A model generated the notes under the pieces. It was not told the origin of the DNA. It saw only the letters and a list, made by a program, of their open reading frames with translations, and ran no database searches. Positions 59,962-64,000 of a stretch of DNA of 64,000 nucleotides are shown one piece after another. This DNA is from Halodesulfurarchaeum sp. (GTDB lineage: Archaea; Halobacteriota; Halobacteria; Halobacteriales; Halobacteriaceae): positions 448,001 to 512,000 of the forward strand of contig JAXHNL010000002.1 of NCBI GenBank assembly GCA_034520565.1. Reading direction: 5' to 3'. Position 1 is the first letter of the stretch, and each line of letters starts with the position of its first letter. A program made the translations under genes and the position numbers.

Positions 59962-60743
59962 TCGCCCTGGACGAGACGTTCTTCTTCTTGCTCCTGCATT
60001 TCGGTTGCAGTCTCGCGCATCTCGGCGGCCTCCTCGTCGCGCTCTAGTCCCTCGAGGGCCCGGGCTTTCTCCTCGTAGACCGCGGACTCCTGGAAGCCCA
60101 GCCGAATCGCGTTGTCGAGCGCGTCGAGGGCATCCTCGTACTGGGCCCGCTCGACCTGGATGTAGCCGAGGTTGTACCAGGCCTGAGGGAGCCGCTGGTC
60201 GGCCCGGACGGCGTCCTCGGCGTGCTGGAACGCCGCCTCGTCCTCGCCGTGCTCCCAGAGCGCGTATGCCAGGTTGGTGTGGGCGAGGGCGGCGTACTCG
60301 CCGTCCTCGTCGACGTGCAGCGCCTCCCGGTGGGAGGAGATGGCGGCGTCCCACTCCTCGAGTTCGCCGTGGGCGATGCCCTTGTTGACCCAGGCTTCTG
60401 CCTCCAGGGACTCGCTCTCGGCGTATCTGGCCGCGCGCTCGAAGGTCTCGACGGCCTGTTCGTCCCGGTTGATCGCCATGTACTCGATGCCCACGTCGAG
60501 GAGCGCGTCGGCGTCGACCTCGTCACCGGCGATGTTACGGTCGTCGAGGAGGTCGGTCACGGCCCGTGAATCCACCGGATCGACGATCGAGGGGTCCGCC
60601 ACGTCGAGTTCGGGCGGGTCGAGGTCAAAGCCCTCATAGGGTTCGGAAAAGCCCTGGCCCGAGGAGAACTCGTGTGGCCGCTCGCGATCCTCGCGGTCGT
60701 CCGCGCGGCCCTCGTGGTCGTCCTCGCGGTCCGAGTCGGTCAT
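59958..60743 (-). CDS. Tetratricopeptide repeat protein
   Basis: AWVNKG, AHTNLAY, AWYNLG TPR units. Confidence 0.88.
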   Translation of the reverse strand: MTDSDREDDHEGRADDREDRERPHEFSSGQGFSEPYEGFDLDPPELDVADPSIVDPVDSRAVTDLLDDRNIAGDEVDADALLDVGIEYMAINRDEQAVETFERAARYAESESLEAEAWVNKGIAHGELEEWDAAISSHREALHVDEDGEYAALAHTNLAYALWEHGEDEAAFQHAEDAVRADQRLPQAWYNLGYIQVERAQYEDALDALDNAIRLGFQESAVYEEKARALEGLERDEEAAEMRETATEMQEQEEERLVQGE

Positions 60744-60796
60744 ACACGAGGTATGTGAGACGGAGGGTTAAGGACACCGGCACGCGAAGAACCGGT

Positions 60797-61351
60797 ATGC
60801 GGCTGTTCGTCAGCGTCGATCTCCCCGACCGGCTCGCGGCGCCGATCGCCGACCTCCAGTCGGAATTCGCAGGCGCATCGGGAGTGGATTGCACCGATCC
60901 CGAACAGGCACACCTCACGCTGAAGTTCCTCGGCGACACCGATCCCGGCCGCGTGGAGGACATCGGCGAGGCTCTCGAGACGGCCGTTGCAGAATCGAGC
61001 GTCGAACCCTTCGAGGCCACCTTCGAGGGGCTGGGCGTGTTTCCCTCGATGGACTACATCAGCGTGATCTGGCTGGGCGTCGGCCAGGGGGCCGGCGCCT
61101 TCAGGCGACTCCAGCGCCCGATCGAGGGGCGGCTGGTCGACCGGGGATTCGACCCGGAAGACCACGAGTTCACCCCCCACGTGACACTGGCCCGGATGAA
61201 ACACGCCGGCGGGAAGGAACTGGTCCAGAACCTCGTCCGGGACGAGGATCCGACCGTTGGAACGATGACCGTCGAGGAAGTGCGGCTGACCGAGAGTACC
61301 CTCACCGCGGACGGGCCGGTGTACGAGACGGTCGCTCGGGTCCCGCTCTGA
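60797..61351 (+). CDS. thpR: RNA 2',3'-cyclic phosphodiesterase (2H family)
   Basis: [13 protein letters not shown] and FTPHVTLAR. Confidence 0.93.
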   Translation: MRLFVSVDLPDRLAAPIADLQSEFAGASGVDCTDPEQAHLTLKFLGDTDPGRVEDIGEALETAVAESSVEPFEATFEGLGVFPSMDYISVIWLGVGQGAGAFRRLQRPIEGRLVDRGFDPEDHEFTPHVTLARMKHAGGKELVQNLVRDEDPTVGTMTVEEVRLTESTLTADGPVYETVARVPL

Positions 61352-61443
61352 GCGGGTGCAGGCCGGGGGTCAAGTCACATGCACCGACGGGCCGGACGAA
61401 ACAAACAACGTTTTAAAGCGTACAGCCAGTATCTCAGCCCACT

Positions 61444-61596
61444 ATGAGCAAGAAGACGAAGGCCAAGAAAAAGCGGCTGGCGAAACTCGATCGCCAGAAC
61501 AGCCGCGTCCCGGCCTGGGTCATCATGAAGACCGACCAGGAGACCCAGCGAAACCCCCAGCGCCGTCACTGGCGGCGAAGCGACACGGACGAGTAA
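61444..61596 (+). CDS. rpl39e: 50S ribosomal protein L39e
   Basis: [19 protein letters not shown]...RRHWRR. Confidence 0.96.
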   Translation: MSKKTKAKKKRLAKLDRQNSRVPAWVIMKTDQETQRNPQRRHWRRSDTDE

Positions 61597-61599
61597 TCC

Positions 61600-61881
61600 A
61601 TGAGCGCAAGCGATTTCGAGGAGCGCATCGTCACGGTGCCCCTCCGAAAGGTCAAGGCGTCATCGAAATCATCCCGCGGGGACAAGGCCATGTCCATCGT
61701 GCGCGAACACCTGGCCACCCAGTTCGGAGTGACGGAGGATGCCGTCCGCCTCGACCCATCTATCAACGAGGCCGTCTGGGAGCGGGGACGAGCCAACCCG
61801 CCGAGCAAGGTCCGCGTGCGGGCCGCCCGGTTCGAGGAAGAAGGGGCCGCGGTCGTCGAGGCCGAACACGCCGAGTCCTGA
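61600..61881 (+). CDS. rpl31e: 50S ribosomal protein L31e
   Basis: [30 protein letters not shown]. Confidence 0.96.
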   Translation: MSASDFEERIVTVPLRKVKASSKSSRGDKAMSIVREHLATQFGVTEDAVRLDPSINEAVWERGRANPPSKVRVRAARFEEEGAAVVEAEHAES

Positions 61882-61883
61882 GA

Positions 61884-62549
61884 GTGCTTCGCACAAGCTT
61901 CTACGGATCGTCGTACGTCGGGGTCTACGGGGCCGGGGCCGATGCTTTCCTCGTCGTCCGCCCGGACCTGGAAGCGGAGACCCTCGCGGCGATCGAAGCG
62001 GAGTTCGACGTCCCGGTCGTCGAAACCACCATCGACGGCTCCGATACCGTCGGGGCCCTCCTCGCGGCGAACGGCAACGGGATCGTGGTCAGCGAGCGCA
62101 CAGCCGACCACGAGCGGGAGCGGCTGGAATCCGGCACGGACGTTTCCGTCGCGTCGCTGCCGGGACGGATCAACGCCGCCGGGAACGTGATCCTCGCCAA
62201 CGACCACGGCGCCTACCTCCACCCGGACCTTCCCGAGGACGCCACCGCAGCCGTCGAGGAGGCACTCGACGTCCCGGCCGAACGGGGACGGCTGGGCGGC
62301 GTCGGCACTGTCGGGTCGGCCGCCGTCGCGACCAATCGGGGGGTTCTGTGTCACCCACAGGCCACCGACGAGGAACTCGACGCCGTCGAGGCGGCACTGT
62401 CGGTGCCGGCGGACGTCGGGACGGTCAATTACGGGGGCCACTTCGTCGGGTCGGGACTCGTCGCCACGGGAGCCGGCTACCTCGTCGGCGAGGACACCAC
62501 CGGCCCGGAGTTGGGCCGCATCGAGGACGCCCTGGGCTACATCGAGTGA
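61884..62549 (+). CDS. eif6: Translation initiation factor 6 (aIF6)
   Basis: [28 protein letters not shown]; GTG start. Confidence 0.95.
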   Translation: MLRTSFYGSSYVGVYGAGADAFLVVRPDLEAETLAAIEAEFDVPVVETTIDGSDTVGALLAANGNGIVVSERTADHERERLESGTDVSVASLPGRINAAGNVILANDHGAYLHPDLPEDATAAVEEALDVPAERGRLGGVGTVGSAAVATNRGVLCHPQATDEELDAVEAALSVPADVGTVNYGGHFVGSGLVATGAGYLVGEDTTGPELGRIEDALGYIE

Positions 62550-62604
62550 GTTTTCGCGGTCCCGAGTAGGAAGATACTTCCCTCCGAGAGACCGGTTTCC
62601 GACC

Positions 62605-63048
62605 ATGAGTATTGGTGGCGGCGGCGGTCAACTTCAGGCGCTCCAGCAGGAGATGGAAGCGATCGCGGAGCGACGGGAAGAACTCGACGAGGAGATCGAA
62701 TCGCTACAGGAAGAACAACGCGAGATCGACGAGGCCATCGAAGGACTCGACGTGCTCGAAAGCGGCCAGACCGTCCACGTCCCGCTGGGCGGGGACGCCT
62801 TCGTCCGTGCGACGATCGAGGACGCCGACGAGATCGTGGTCAGTCTCGGCGCCAACTTCGCCGCGACCGAGGACCGCGAGGAAGCGGCCGAAACCCTCGA
62901 GACCAAACAGGAGCGTCTCGACGAGCGGATCGAAGAACTCCGCGAGGAGCAGTCAGAACTCGATGGCCAGGAAAAACGCTTGGAGCAGGAGGCCCAGCAG
63001 GCCCAGCAGCAGATGCTTCAGCAGCAGGCCCAACAGCAGGGCGAGTAA
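62605..63048 (+). CDS. pfdA: Prefoldin alpha subunit
   Basis: Coiled coils flanking VHVPLGGDAFV...IVVSLGA. Confidence 0.93.
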   Translation: MSIGGGGGQLQALQQEMEAIAERREELDEEIESLQEEQREIDEAIEGLDVLESGQTVHVPLGGDAFVRATIEDADEIVVSLGANFAATEDREEAAETLETKQERLDERIEELREEQSELDGQEKRLEQEAQQAQQQMLQQQAQQQGE

Positions 63049-63051
63049 GGG

Positions 63052-64000
63052 ATGTTCGAGGGGCTGAAGGAGAAGCTGGGAGCGTTCCGCGAGGATGCAG
63101 CCGACGTGGCCGCGGAGCAAGCAACCACGGCGGCGGATGCCCAAGCCGAGGAGGCCCCTGACGATTCTGCACCAACAACCGATTCGGAAGCGACTGCCAC
63201 CGACGAGGCCGAGGCGGCAACCCCGGACACGTCGTTTACCGAGCGGGCCAAGTCCCTCGCGAAGGGGCGTGTTATTCTCGACGCCGACGACCTCGAGGGG
63301 CCGCTCTGGGACCTCGAGATGGCCCTCCTCGAAAACGACGTCGAGATGGGCGTCGCCGAGGAGATCCTCGACGGGATCGAGGCCGAACTCGTCGGGGAGC
63401 AAAAGACCATCACCGAGAGCACGGGGGCGCTCATCGAGTCGGCACTCCACGACGCGCTCCTAGAGGTCGTCTCAGTCGGGCAGTTCGACTTCCTCGAACG
63501 GGTCGCGGCCGCGGAGCGCCCGGTCGTCATCATCTTCACCGGCGTCAACGGGGTCGGGAAGACGACGACGATCGCCAAGCTGGCCACCTACCTCGAGGCG
63601 CAGGGGTTCTCCTCGGTGCTCGCGAACGGCGATACCTACCGCGCCGGGGCAAACGAACAGATCGAGGAACACGCCGACCGGATCGACGCGCCGCTCATCA
63701 GCCACGAGCAGGGCGGCGATCCGGCCGCCGTCATCTACGATGCCGTCGAGTACGCGGAGGCCCACGATATCGACGTCGTCCTCGGGGACACTGCCGGCCG
63801 ACTGCACACGAGCGACGGCCTGATGAACCAACTCGCGAAAATCGACCGCGTCGTCGAGCCGGATCTGACGCTGTTCGTCGACGAGGCCGTCGCCGGCCAG
63901 GACGCGGTTACCCGGGCTCGAGAGTTCAACGAGGCCGCGAACATCGACGGGACGGTGCTCACAAAGGCCGACGCCGACACCCACGGCGGCGCGGCGGTTT
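63052..64000 (+). CDS. ftsY: SRP receptor FtsY (runs off window)
   Basis: MFEGLKEKL, GVNGVGKTTTIAKL, DTYRAGA, DTAGR, TKAD. Confidence 0.96.
   Translation, partial: MFEGLKEKLGAFREDAADVAAEQATTAADAQAEEAPDDSAPTTDSEATATDEAEAATPDTSFTERAKSLAKGRVILDADDLEGPLWDLEMALLENDVEMGVAEEILDGIEAELVGEQKTITESTGALIESALHDALLEVVSVGQFDFLERVAAAERPVVIIFTGVNGVGKTTTIAKLATYLEAQGFSSVLANGDTYRAGANEQIEEHADRIDAPLISHEQGGDPAAVIYDAVEYAEAHDIDVVLGDTAGRLHTSDGLMNQLAKIDRVVEPDLTLFVDEAVAGQDAVTRAREFNEAANIDGTVLTKADADTHGGAAV

Overview
This is a GC-rich haloarchaeal chromosomal segment. The basis is acidic proteins, archaeal informational genes, SAMP2, two tatC genes and a halocyanin; a Halobacteriaceae-type host is an inference. Most of the window is conserved core: tmk, nurA-herA, hjc, PCNA, rlmE, tatC x2, MutS-like, orc1/cdc6, tRNA-Leu(TAA), priL, rpiA, rfcS, alaS, NMD3, htpX, radA, sufU/sufS and rpl39e-rpl31e-eIF6-pfdA-ftsY. 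Accessory blocks are an NhaP-TrkA antiporter, an aminomethyltransferase plus Bat-type regulator after tRNA-Leu, an arsR-arsM cassette, a DsrE-TusA-SQR-DUF1641 sulfur operon, and a complete type I-D CRISPR-Cas locus. That locus runs csa3, cas6, cas10d, cas7, cas5, cas3', cas4, cas1, cas2, then a 37-bp repeat array with 15 spacers. The most notable unexplained signal lies about 1.9 kb beyond the array on the opposite strand: two degenerate copies of the CRISPR repeat flank a 23-nt spacer (37971-38065) and end 8 nt before a halocyanin start codon. It is a candidate creA/CreR-like regulatory mini-array or a Cas6 mRNA-processing site; no target was found in this window. An 8-bp direct repeat also marks both ends of the cas locus. 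Six genes, including essential tmk and alaS, carry small frameshifts, most likely sequencing errors. All product calls come from motif recognition by eye, not database searches.
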